From contig PPNB01000014.1 of the NCBI GenBank assembly GCA_003707115.1, forward strand, positions 62,001 to 126,000: 64,000 bases of DNA, given 5' to 3'. Below are positions 1 to 10,000 of the stretch, piece after piece. The stretch's first letter is position 1, and the number at the start of each line of letters is the position of its first letter. A model generated the notes under the pieces. It was not told the origin of the DNA, did not search any database, and saw nothing but the letters and a program-made list of their open reading frames with translations. This DNA comes from Tortispora ganteri. Its lineage: Eukaryota. Both the position numbers and the translations under genes were made by a program.

Positions 1-394
1 GACATTTTCTTTGCGGTTCTTTTCTTGTCTCTTCACAGAAGGGGCAGAGGTGCACAGCGGTCAGTAGTTACGTCAGCAAGCAGCTAGAATAGTTCAAGGA
101 CCTGGTTGAACAGTAAAGTGTCGTGCAGAGCCGTTGTCGGTAGACACAGAAAATAAAATGTGGAGAAGTAAAGGAAGGAAAGCGTTTGGCGGTAAGAAAA
201 ATAGTTATTACGGCTGTTCAGGCTTGCATAGCAACGCCGGGGAGTCCAGAGGGAGAAAAATGCACCACCAGCGATCTCCTGATTAGCTGGATAAAAACTA
301 CGCTAAAGTTACAGGCAGTCTAAGAAAGTGAATTATAAATGGTAATATAGTTGTTATTTGAGTTGATTTATGCTATGTGTTTGGCTAGCGCGGG

Positions 395-580
395 TTACTC
401 TTCCGCTGCAGCGGCCTTAGCGGCGGCTTCATTGCGGTACCAAGCGTCACGAATAGCGACACTTTTCTTGTGATATCCGTACCAGAAGTAGTAGGCTAAT
501 CCAAAGCCGAGACCAAGACCAAGGGTCAAGTCTCTGAAAAAAGCCTTCTTTAAAGTTCCAGTAATTGGTGCAACAGCCAT
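395..580 (-). CDS. COX9: Cytochrome c oxidase subunit VIIa (Cox9)
   Basis: 61 aa; N-terminal APITGTLKK, one TM helix ending YYFWYGYH and R..WY, matching yeast Cox9 (IAPITGTIK...YWWWGFH). Confidence 0.9.
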   Translation of the reverse strand: MAVAPITGTLKKAFFRDLTLGLGLGFGLAYYFWYGYHKKSVAIRDAWYRNEAAAKAAAAEE

Positions 581-862
581 TTTGCAGTCTTTCTTTGTAT
601 TTACTTGTATGTATTAGGAAAAGGAAGTGAAATGGTGCGTTTTCGAAGCAGTATCATAGGGCATCAGTTGCCACAGTAACAGAGACACAAATCTGGCATG
701 AGTTACCTGCTCAGCCGCGGTACCAGTAACGTGTAAGTTCTACGGCTACTTGAGTGCGTATAAACGTTAGTATATATATGACTATTTTATGTCCGATAAG
801 TTCCAGCAGAAATAGATTTGACACCTGTAGTAGTTGTTGTTGCTGCTGCTGCGCGGGGAAGC

Positions 863-1636
863 TTACAAAGCACCGCGTTCCTTAAGTTTGGCAATGAGCT
901 CGTCCACGGAGCCGACCTTGATTCCAGCGGGTCTGGGAGGAGGCTCAGAAACAGAAATGGTCTCTAAACGGCCGGCGATATCTACGCCAAGGTCAGCAGG
1001 CTTGACGGTCTTGAGAGGCTTCTTCTTGGCTTTCATAATGTTGGGCAGAGTGGCATAGCGGGGAGTGTTGAGACGAAGGTCGGTAGTGATGATCAGGGGA
1101 AGAGACGCCGAGACAGTTTCAAAACCACCGTCAACTTCGTGCTCAACCGTGACCTCGCCAGTTGACTCGTTGATGTCGACTTTAGAGGCAGCGGTGACCT
1201 GGGGCCAGTTTAAGAGGCCGGCAAGCATCTGGCCGGTGTGGTTCGAGTCATCGTCAATAGCCTGCTTTCCCAGAATGATGAGGTTACTTTTGTCTTCTTC
1301 GGCGAGCTTTGCGAGCATCTTCGCAACAGTTAGAGGTTCAACTATGGCGTCGCCAACGTCTATGAGAGTAGAGGTATCGCAGCCTTTCGCAAGCGACTGC
1401 CTCAACACCTCCTGCGCCTTCGAGGAGCCGGCAGAAACAACGTGGATAGACTCAACGGCAGCCTTTTTAGCTTCCTTGATTTTTACAGCCTCCTCCACGG
1501 CGATATCGTCGAAGGGATTGATGGAAAATTTGACGCCAGTGGTTTCGACGCCGGTTTTGGCGCTGTTGACTCGAGGCTTAACGGCGAAATCGATGGCCCG
1601 CTTGACGGGGACCATGATACGTAATTTTGACGACAT
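863..1636 (-). CDS. CIR1: Electron transfer flavoprotein beta subunit (Cir1/ETFB)
   Basis: Motifs VPVKRAID, SINPFDDIAVEEA, LGKQAIDDDSNHTGQMLAGLLNWPQ, TDLRLNTPRYATLPNIMKAKKKP. Confidence 0.95.
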   Translation of the reverse strand: MSSKLRIMVPVKRAIDFAVKPRVNSAKTGVETTGVKFSINPFDDIAVEEAVKIKEAKKAAVESIHVVSAGSSKAQEVLRQSLAKGCDTSTLIDVGDAIVEPLTVAKMLAKLAEEDKSNLIILGKQAIDDDSNHTGQMLAGLLNWPQVTAASKVDINESTGEVTVEHEVDGGFETVSASLPLIITTDLRLNTPRYATLPNIMKAKKKPLKTVKPADLGVDIAGRLETISVSEPPPRPAGIKVGSVDELIAKLKERGAL

Positions 1637-1963
1637 TAGATATTTTTTGGATGCTCAAAGGATCGTTTCTTAAGGGAAAAAAGTCGGTTACGGACCAGGA
1701 GTATGTCAATGTTGAAGATATAGACCTCGGTTACTTCGTGTTTAAAGGGTTAGAAGTTATTAATCCGGGGTCGGAGCGACTGCGGTGTGTGCAATGGCAG
1801 GGTAACTCTGCTCATCGGGAGGAGGCGGCGTTTTTGACGAAATTTGTTGGGAATTGCCATGGTTACACATAATTACTGGTGCCTTGAGGATGTCTCCCAA
1901 TAAAGGCTATCTATGTCGTATTTAACAAGTGTTACCCCAGACTAAATTCGGTCAGACGACGCA

Positions 1964-3226
1964 ATGGATCGGATATCACCTTCAGATCGTGAGGTCCTTT
2001 CATGTATTATATCAATACAGTCGGGACAAATGTTAGGATTGAATAAGCTACATTTGAAGATAAAGGAAGACCATCCGGAGTGGTCGATATCCCTCAGCAG
2101 AGTAAAGCACCTCGTTCGTAAGCAGATTGCGATCGACGAGGCCAAGCGCACTTTGCAGGGTGCATTGAGTGACTTTTGTACACCTGGACTTTGTGTAAAG
2201 GATACGGATGGTATTGGGCCACGTTCTGTGGCAATTTGCGCTGAGAAACCGTTGACCGCTGGCACGAAGCTGTGGAGTGAGTCACCGCTTGTTCTAGTGA
2301 ATGGGACTTGCGACATATCTACTTGGAATGGCGAAGCTCGGAGCCGAATATGTAGTTACTGTCATGATTTTATTTTCAGAAAACAGGTTGGCAAAATTGA
2401 CACTGTTCAGACGTGCAAGGATGGTGACGGGGCGTGGTGCACTGTGAAATGCAAGCGCAATGACTACTTGCATACGCCACTACGTCACAACTTGAAGGAA
2501 AGATGGACTGAATTTGAGATGCTGATGCGGGGAATGCAGGGAAATACTACCGGAATTTTCAGATGGGATCAATACTACTCGTGGGCGAGGATATTGTTGA
2601 CGGCGCTGTGCAACCAGACTGTTAGCGATTACTTACGAGCGTTTGAACATCTTGTACCGAGCCTTGCCGACATGAAGCTCGAGGCTGATGAGGAATGCGA
2701 GAATGTTCGTATCATGCTAATGAGTATTGTCGACGGTATTGTCAACAGTATTGGTACGGTTGATAAGGAGCGTATTGCTGCGTATTTGAGTGAAACAGGG
2801 TTCATTCGGGGATTGCTTCTAGTAAAGCTGTGCAAAGTGAGTATCCCCGAAACTGCTGGACCAGACGGCGGATCACTTATGCGAATTACACCCCTGGCTG
2901 CACATTCATGCGATCCGAACGCCGAAATTCTAGTCACACGCCGACAGGACCCGATTAAGGTAATAGCTACGCGTGCGATTGCAGCCGGCGAAGTCATCAC
3001 GCTGAACTACCTGGGCGAGTTCAATGGTCCAGAAAGAGTTGCGCGGTTGCGCGAAGAGTATAACTTTGAATGTCAATGTAAGCGGTGCACAACAGAGGCA
3101 GCTGGGTTGATTTATGATCGTGATGCTATTGAGCTTGCAGAGGCTGAGGCGGCACGGGCGCAACAGGCCACCCAACCGCGTAGGAAGTCTGTGCGATTCA
3201 ATGACGAGGTCACTATATGTGTTTGA
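1964..3226 (+). CDS. SET5: Split-SET (SMYD-type) lysine methyltransferase, Set5-like
   Basis: N-terminal LHLKIKEDHPEWSISLSRVK, Cys-rich insert, HSCDPNA, GEVITLNYL, post-SET FECQCKRC, C-terminal RKSVRF as in Set5. Confidence 0.8.
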   Translation: MDRISPSDREVLSCIISIQSGQMLGLNKLHLKIKEDHPEWSISLSRVKHLVRKQIAIDEAKRTLQGALSDFCTPGLCVKDTDGIGPRSVAICAEKPLTAGTKLWSESPLVLVNGTCDISTWNGEARSRICSYCHDFIFRKQVGKIDTVQTCKDGDGAWCTVKCKRNDYLHTPLRHNLKERWTEFEMLMRGMQGNTTGIFRWDQYYSWARILLTALCNQTVSDYLRAFEHLVPSLADMKLEADEECENVRIMLMSIVDGIVNSIGTVDKERIAAYLSETGFIRGLLLVKLCKVSIPETAGPDGGSLMRITPLAAHSCDPNAEILVTRRQDPIKVIATRAIAAGEVITLNYLGEFNGPERVARLREEYNFECQCKRCTTEAAGLIYDRDAIELAEAEAARAQQATQPRRKSVRFNDEVTICV

Positions 3227-3364
3227 GGTGGGAATTGCTTTTTGAGTTTTTATGTTTTTATTTTTGTTCTATTCTATGATCGTATGTTTCAATATATATG
3301 AAATGTTTATGTTAGATTAATGATTAGGGGTGGTTGTAAAGACTTAGATTTCGACATACCCGTA

Positions 3365-3895
3365 ATGAGCCAGCTAAGTAGATTTGGATCGCGAGTGTTT
3401 GTGCACAATTTAGGCGATTTATACAAGATTTCGTTTTGTAAGAATCCTAAAGCGATCGGACTAGGTATTTGCAGAGACGTAGAGAATGTGAACCGTACGT
3501 TTAATGAAGATCCGAAGTTCATCAGACTGTTGCAGGCGACTCTGGGCGCCGAGATCTACAATGATGAGCATTTTGTAGGACTTGCCTATGCTGACCGGCT
3601 GCATTCGTCAGCTCAGCTGCTTCAAAATCGCCGATCGAGCACAGAAACAGTAAGCAGGTCGTCTGAAAATCAGGAAATGTTCATGCAGATATATGATCTG
3701 CGAGCGGCGCCGCCGTCTATGCGGATTCCTTCTGTGGACGATACATTAGGTACTGTGAGGATCAGCAGTTCAGGCGAAATTGTTCCTGGATCGTACGAGT
3801 CTAATAAGTTCTACAGGATTTTAACGAATGACGGATTTCCGCAGCTGACTGAATATTTGCACCAAATACTTGTAAAGCGTTGCGAGAGCGAATGA
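3365..3895 (+). CDS. Conserved-looking fungal hypothetical protein, possibly mitochondrial (start may be 3320 or 3365)
   Basis: Open frame fills the gap between SET5 and the GT8 gene; motif IYDLRAAPPSMRIPSVDDTLGTV...GEIVPGSY...YRILTNDG; ATG 3365 starts an Arg/Ser-rich, acid-free N-terminus. Confidence 0.6.
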   Translation: MSQLSRFGSRVFVHNLGDLYKISFCKNPKAIGLGICRDVENVNRTFNEDPKFIRLLQATLGAEIYNDEHFVGLAYADRLHSSAQLLQNRRSSTETVSRSSENQEMFMQIYDLRAAPPSMRIPSVDDTLGTVRISSSGEIVPGSYESNKFYRILTNDGFPQLTEYLHQILVKRCESE

Positions 3896-4026
3896 AAGTA
3901 ATGATGAACTATGAGTTATCGAAGTAATTGATATAATGCAATAATGTAACCTATTAAATCTATTAGAAGTGTCGCCCTAGAACCTTGAAACGATGAAAGC
4001 CGATATGGGCTGACACCGAGCCCAGA

Positions 4027-5025
4027 CTAGCTAGGACAGTATTTGTTATGCAATGAGTGGTATTTTTGATGGTATGATATCCATACCTGGTCATCAGAAC
4101 AAGTAGGCCCATCACAGACAGGCAGGTCGTCGTATATGTTGTTGAAGACCCATGGTTTGGGATCAGGCCAGTCTGAGAAGTGGACTAGAGATATATTTTG
4201 CCGCATAGAGGGCCAGTCAGAAAGCGGTTGAGAGGCATACTTGGACTTGAGGAAAGTGTTATGGTTCTTTGTCTTGAGTTCACCCGTAAGCATTATGTTT
4301 GGGTACGCAGGTAGCAGGTATTTCTTTGTGGCACCGACATGTGTCGGGTCGTATAGGTAGGAAGAGCTGACAGAATTAAGGATGTCCATATCGTAGACAT
4401 TTTTATCTTTGTTACGATTTTTTACGAACCGCCACAAAATATTGAAGACGTGGGTTGAAGGTGACAAGATCATCAAGTATGAGCCAAGCTGGAGATCAGT
4501 CCAATATGCATGTGCAAATATCTGTCGATCCCACGGCAGCAAAAATAGGTAGTCTATTGGTTTCAACAGCAATGCATCGCAATCTAGATATACAATTCTG
4601 TCAAATTGTGTAAGATTAAAAGAATGTAGCTTTACAAAACTGTGATCCCAAGATTCGCTGGCGCGTTCGTCGACGTTATCGATCTCGACAATAGCGCTTG
4701 ACTTCTTGAGTACTGCTAGAAGGTTTCCGACATGGTCATCTAACAGACTAGCTTCGACCAATGTCACAATATTGGCTCGTGTATATTTTCGTAGCTCAGC
4801 AGTTAAAATAACAGCATTACATAAGTAATCATTGCTTGTCGCATACGTTACATATGCAACTCGCGACCAATCAATAGTCTCGATCGACATATCTCCAGCT
4901 TCTGCTTCTGCAAGGAGTACTTTATCCTGAATCTGTGCGCTGGTCCGCCGACTGGTCCAAATAGCCAGTACAGCCAGAATCGCCAACAGTCCAACTAATA
5001 ATCTCCTTTGTTTTAAGCTAATCAT
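4027..5025 (-). CDS. GNT1: Glycosyltransferase family 8, Gnt1-like type II membrane protein
   Basis: N-terminal TM anchor after MISLKQRR; DWSRVAYVTYATSNDYLCNA, FVKLHSFNLTQFDRIVYLDCD (DxD), YDMDILN, HFSDWPDPKPW. Confidence 0.8.
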   Translation of the reverse strand: MISLKQRRLLVGLLAILAVLAIWTSRRTSAQIQDKVLLAEAEAGDMSIETIDWSRVAYVTYATSNDYLCNAVILTAELRKYTRANIVTLVEASLLDDHVGNLLAVLKKSSAIVEIDNVDERASESWDHSFVKLHSFNLTQFDRIVYLDCDALLLKPIDYLFLLPWDRQIFAHAYWTDLQLGSYLMILSPSTHVFNILWRFVKNRNKDKNVYDMDILNSVSSSYLYDPTHVGATKKYLLPAYPNIMLTGELKTKNHNTFLKSKYASQPLSDWPSMRQNISLVHFSDWPDPKPWVFNNIYDDLPVCDGPTCSDDQVWISYHQKYHSLHNKYCPS

Positions 5026-5140
5026 GCGTCGGTTGACGACATCACTAATTAACACTGGACCCCCCCTTTCCCATGGTGCTTGGGATTTTCACCTATACAA
5101 CTTCGACTTTACGCTTTTTCACACTAAAACCACCATACTA

Positions 5141-6271
5141 ATGGATGACGCAAATTACCAGCTACTATTCAAAGCGACAGCTGCTGTGGTAAAATCGCAT
5201 TCAGACACTTCACAAAATTATGTCGCATGGCATCCAGTAGCATTTTCAGCGCTAATAGATGCTGCTAACGACTACATTTTAGACCTCACCACACACCTCC
5301 ATAAGATATCACAGGTACAGCGTAGAACAGAATCGCCTTCTTTTGAAGATATTAAACTACTATTTGGTCTTAGAGGTATTAGTCTTACCGCTTTGGACAA
5401 TGAACTTCGCAGCACTCACAAAGTTCCTGTCCCTGCCGGAGATAACGTCTCTTTGATCCCCGACGTCACCCCAATCTCCATACAGCGATCCAATATGGCC
5501 GCCAAACTCCTCGAATCTTCTACCAAAAAACTACCCAGGTCCAGCATTCAGCCAAAAATACCATCTTGGCTTCCACCACTTCCTCCTGCTCATAGTTTCA
5601 GGTTTACTCCAGTCTATACGCAATCCGAACTTGACCCCAAACAGCTTCGTGAGCGGCTCGTCGCAGAGGGCTACGAAGTCGAGACCGCACTGCGCTCTCT
5701 AGCCTCCGTCCAGAATTCACAGCTCCCGGACCTTTGCTCTCCACAGTACCTTGAAATCCTTTCACAATTTGGACTAGACCCGTCCTACATAGCTATAGTT
5801 TACGACCAGGAACATGCCCACGCGCAGATCGATGACACCGATATTCACAGCAATACAGCAGAACAACCAAAGAAATCAGCTGCAGAAGATTTTTTTGGGT
5901 TTGGTGATACTACTGAAACCGATGACAACAACCAGTCACCTGCAAAAATTCGTATCAAGCTCACAACTAAGTCCGTACCAGAACCAGAACCAGAACCCGA
6001 ACCAGAGCAAGCACCCGAACCAGCACCAGAACCGTCAGCAGATACTGCATCTAAGTATTTCGATATCGAAAAATACGCGCTATCAAAATCGCAGAATGCC
6101 CCTGTGACATATCTCCCTGCGGCACACTCGCGAGATAAGTTTACCCCTTCCGCATCTGACCTGTCTGTCGGCAAGGCGCTGGCGGACTCTTTTCCTATCG
6201 AGAATACCGCGCGCCAGGCTATTATTGAATTCTACTTCCAGGACGCCAAATATGCCGTCGATCGGGCATGA
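5141..6271 (+). CDS. TAF8: TFIID subunit Taf8-like (bromodomain-associated histone fold plus TAF8 C-terminal motif)
   Basis: Histone-fold region ending HKISQVQRRT.PS..DI and IPSWLPPLPPAHSFRFTPVY...LRERLVAEG..VETALRSL. Start taken at ATG 5141 because the upstream ATG overlaps the GT8 start. Confidence 0.8.
   Translation: MDDANYQLLFKATAAVVKSHSDTSQNYVAWHPVAFSALIDAANDYILDLTTHLHKISQVQRRTESPSFEDIKLLFGLRGISLTALDNELRSTHKVPVPAGDNVSLIPDVTPISIQRSNMAAKLLESSTKKLPRSSIQPKIPSWLPPLPPAHSFRFTPVYTQSELDPKQLRERLVAEGYEVETALRSLASVQNSQLPDLCSPQYLEILSQFGLDPSYIAIVYDQEHAHAQIDDTDIHSNTAEQPKKSAAEDFFGFGDTTETDDNNQSPAKIRIKLTTKSVPEPEPEPEPEQAPEPAPEPSADTASKYFDIEKYALSKSQNAPVTYLPAAHSRDKFTPSASDLSVGKALADSFPIENTARQAIIEFYFQDAKYAVDRA
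5978..6033 (+). repeat. Imperfect (CCAGAA)n coding microsatellite encoding PEPEPEPEPEQAPEPAPEP
   Basis: Directly visible hexamer tandem repeat inside TAF8. Confidence 0.9.
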
Positions 6272-6336
6272 TGTACACGAATTGAAACATCGTCTCTTGG
6301 TCACCGAACACTCGCGTATTCCACTTACCTTCTGAA

Positions 6337-7029
6337 ATGACCTTTTCGGCGAACGACCTTCTAGAATCACCACACATACTCCACTATGACCGTATCAAAC
6401 AACTGATGCCCTCTAATTGTAATTTTATATGGAATAATCTTTCTAGAAATTGTATAGGTCTCATTACCGGTTTCCCAGCTGTCGGGAAATCGCAGCTTTT
6501 GTATGCCATCATTGCCGCTATCCTATCTGACCCCTTCGATGATATCCCGCATTCCGTCCTAGTAATCGACTCTGGGCCTCGGCCTTTTAATACCGCTAAA
6601 GTGAACACATACCGATTTAATAAATTAACTAAACATACTCTTATTCGTCACCAAGTTTCCGCTAAAGAACTGCCTGAGGTACTCGATACCCTCCTTAATT
6701 GGATTGCTTTGCTCTATCCGAACATAAAATCAATACCGCTTGTCGTTATAACAGGTATATCGCCACTTTACATGATCGATCCTAGTCACAAAACAGGCAA
6801 TCGTCTTGCTCAAAGCCTCAAACGCATCAAAGAACTGCTCAATTGCTCTATCTTGATCGTCGCAGGCAAATCCACATACGGCGGCTACTACTGCCATCAG
6901 TCTGTCATAACCGCTGTCAATTTTCACGTATCTCTCTACAGAAGTGCTCAAAACCATCTACAGATAAAAGACCGTGCTATCAGAATAGTCCCCTCTCAGT
7001 CTTCAATACAATTCGAATCAATATCTTGA
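6337..7029 (+). CDS. Short RecA/Rad51-paralogue-like P-loop protein (Rad55/Rad51D/XRCC2-like)
   Basis: Walker A ITGFPAVGKSQL, VLVIDS..F strand, Walker B-position LVVITGISPLY, then LKRIKELLNCSILIV, in RecA-fold order. Confidence 0.6.
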   Translation: MTFSANDLLESPHILHYDRIKQLMPSNCNFIWNNLSRNCIGLITGFPAVGKSQLLYAIIAAILSDPFDDIPHSVLVIDSGPRPFNTAKVNTYRFNKLTKHTLIRHQVSAKELPEVLDTLLNWIALLYPNIKSIPLVVITGISPLYMIDPSHKTGNRLAQSLKRIKELLNCSILIVAGKSTYGGYYCHQSVITAVNFHVSLYRSAQNHLQIKDRAIRIVPSQSSIQFESIS

Positions 7030-7034
7030 TATAC

Positions 7035-10000
7035 TCAGTCATAAATAGCTAATGGCGGTAACTGATCCGTGTTATAAAACCAGTTGCCGCCTTCCTCCTC
7101 TTTCAGCAGCCAATTCACAGGAAATATCACTAAATGTCCGCGGATTCGGCTCAAAAGATTCTCTGCAGTTTCTCGATCAAGTAGTCGCTCAGTGGTTCCA
7201 TCAAAAATCGCCCGTCGGAAAATCTTCGTATAATTCCCGCGCCTGTTCACACGTTTTTTCCTGCTATCGGAATATCCGCCTGTATCCGAATACCCATTTA
7301 GGTGTCGAGTATTGGTATCAGAATTCGCTTCCGGAGACTCTTCCTTGGTGACAGAATCTGGCGTGTCTTCTTTAGACGTTAGGTCTTTCTCCGCAACTTC
7401 TTCTTTCTTGTCGTCAGAGTCTTCAGGCTCGTTACGGAATATCACATTGTATTGCTCAAAAGACGCATCTTGGGATTCCATGAACCGATTGTTATAGGCA
7501 GAATATGACCGGTAGTCTCGCCAGTCTCGCACATTGTCGTCAGGCTGACATCGAAATACTTTCCGGAAAATCTCTGTATTCCTGTACGCCGCTTCTAGCC
7601 AAACATCCACATAAAATGATTCGTCTAACGGATCTTCAAAGTTGAAAGGATCAATGTTCAGTTCAGGCTCATCCAACATTGCTTGTGCTTCAGCATCGGC
7701 AACGGGACTGTCCGATTGAAGTTGAGAAGTTCGAGACGTCCGAGACGCCCGAGAATCACGTCGCTTTGTCGTACTGTTGTCGCCAATGCTATTCAAACGC
7801 GCAAGTTTGTGTGTCTGAGCGTGAGGCGACTCGTTAGGACTATCGTCGCTTTCACTTTCCTCAATGTGCGGGTACAAATTGGACGATCCTCGATGCTTAG
7901 CCATGCTGCTAAGTTTCTCTTCAAAATCAGCGGCTTTTTGGAACCTTCCTGTTCTGATATAGTGATCAACTTGACTATAATCTAACCCACAAGCATCGAA
8001 TGCCTCGTTCATTTTTTCATCAAAAGTAGATTCCGAATTATGGTCTGGGTCTTGATCATAGTCATTTACGGCTTTGAAAAGGTCATTGGCAAGTTTGGTC
8101 CACAACTGATCTTTACCACATTTCGAGTCGTCGACATACTTCTTGAAACGCACTGCCATTGTGGCCCATTTTTCTTTTCTATCAACACCGTTTCCTTCAA
8201 CGTCCATTCTGTGGTCAATATTGCCTTGAATTCGACTGTCAGTGCTGAAATTCTTCTTGTCGCGTAGCCCTCTATTGCCTTCACCACCCTCAGAGTTAAA
8301 CGACCTAAATTCGTTTAACGCACGAACAACGGAGTCGTGTATATATCCAGCTTCTTCTAACAGCTCATTCTTTGAAATATCACTCCTTGCATCAAGCGAT
8401 CCTTCGCGCTTTTGTCGATCGTATACATTTTCCATGTCAGTTAAGCTATAACGTCTCATACTAGACTCTATCGATTCATTAGTAGAGCTTCTAGCATTCT
8501 TGATGTTCTGCAATGAGCGCAGTCTCTGTCGCGAAGGCCTTTCTTCATTAGACGTCTCACTTTTGCCGTCAATTTCGTCTAACAAAGACATGACACTAGT
8601 GCTGTAGTCTTTGCCCTTGCTACCAGGCAATTCATATGCCTTGAGATTATTTTGAAGTTTTTCCGCAGCTGCTAGCACTTCACTAGACATAGAATCCTGA
8701 TCCTGCCCTACGCTCGGCGTGTGTTTAGCATTTTCGGCGTCATTCGAAACTTGGTTCTGGAACTTAGACAGTATGATGCTAGTCAAACCTTCAAGCTCAT
8801 CCACATCCACACCTAGATGCTCTCTCATCAATCTCACACGCAAATTGTGTGCAAATCGACTTACCATATACTTATTTCCCGCCATTCTGGATTCAAACTG
8901 ATCCCTGTCGCGTACTATTACAGCCACCTCAGAGTCTCTTGAACCCCGCATCGATCGCTCGTTGATATTAGCAGACCCAATTATAGCCACTTTGTCATCC
9001 ACAATCATGCACTTAGAATGTATATACAGCTGCTCAGTAGCAAGATGCTGTTTTTGCCCAATCTTACCCCATTTGCGTAGAGAGAAAAAGTGGATATAAT
9101 CTTCAGGACTGATCCCAACAGTACGCAGTCGGCCAAAAATGCTCCGCTTTCCACGAGAAATCGACTTGTACTGACAAAGCATGATTCTTCGTAAGCTAGA
9201 GCCATTTGCTTCGTCCACGTTTGCTTCAAAACCAGGCATCAGGGGGATGATTATAACTGCTCTCCAGTTTTCGTTATTCTTGTCAGCTCTAATAATTCTC
9301 TCCACGAGCGCATCCGCTATTCGGTTCTCTATCTCTTCATTCTCGACTACGGTCGACGATATGAAAAACTGGTTCTCTATGTACACAAAATGCTCTGAAG
9401 ACTCTATGCATTTCAGGTAAGCTGTGTGTATAGAAGATTCAGTAAATTCGGAGTGCAATCCTGTAGACCAGGCGCACGCTGATCTCAGGATTTGAACTTC
9501 GCAAGTTCCTTCAAATCCGAGGGCTTTGAGTTCTATGGGGTTATAATCAGGAGCCGGGAGCAAAAGTGGAGTGGGTCGCGATGGCCGTTTCTGTCTAACC
9601 AAATAGTTCCAGCGTTGAACAAAGTGTCGTCCAATATCACGCGCTGGTTGTCCAGCGACTCGCATGTGAATATCATGCCAGGGCATTCGGGGAACAATGT
9701 TGCGATCATAAAGGTCGTCGTATGGTCGGTCAAGTGTATGGAAATCAAGGACACGAGGGTTCGAGTAGTCTTTTCCTGGCCACAAAGAAAGATGGTTCTC
9801 AAAGTGAAGTTTGCTTTCATCGCCTTTATAATTGAATCCAGTGTCACCAGAGTCGTCCAGCACGTGTTGAGGAGTATCATAGCGGCCATAACACAAATCA
9901 ATGCCACCTACAAACGCAATACTTTCATCAATCACGCATAGCTTTTCATGGTGAGCCCAAAAGTAAGTGTTTTGGATCCATTGATTAGGTGATCGGATAA

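Noticed and set aside
1065..1673. Long antisense ORFs such as 1065-1673, 10791-11399, 20602-21219 and 26641-27213
   Set aside because: Shadow or alternative frames of conserved genes, with non-ATG starts in many cases and no recognisable domains.
3901..4013. ATGATGA...CTGA as a C/D snoRNA
   Set aside because: Lies in a short convergent terminator gap, has no terminal stem, and has no convincing rRNA guide next to the D box.
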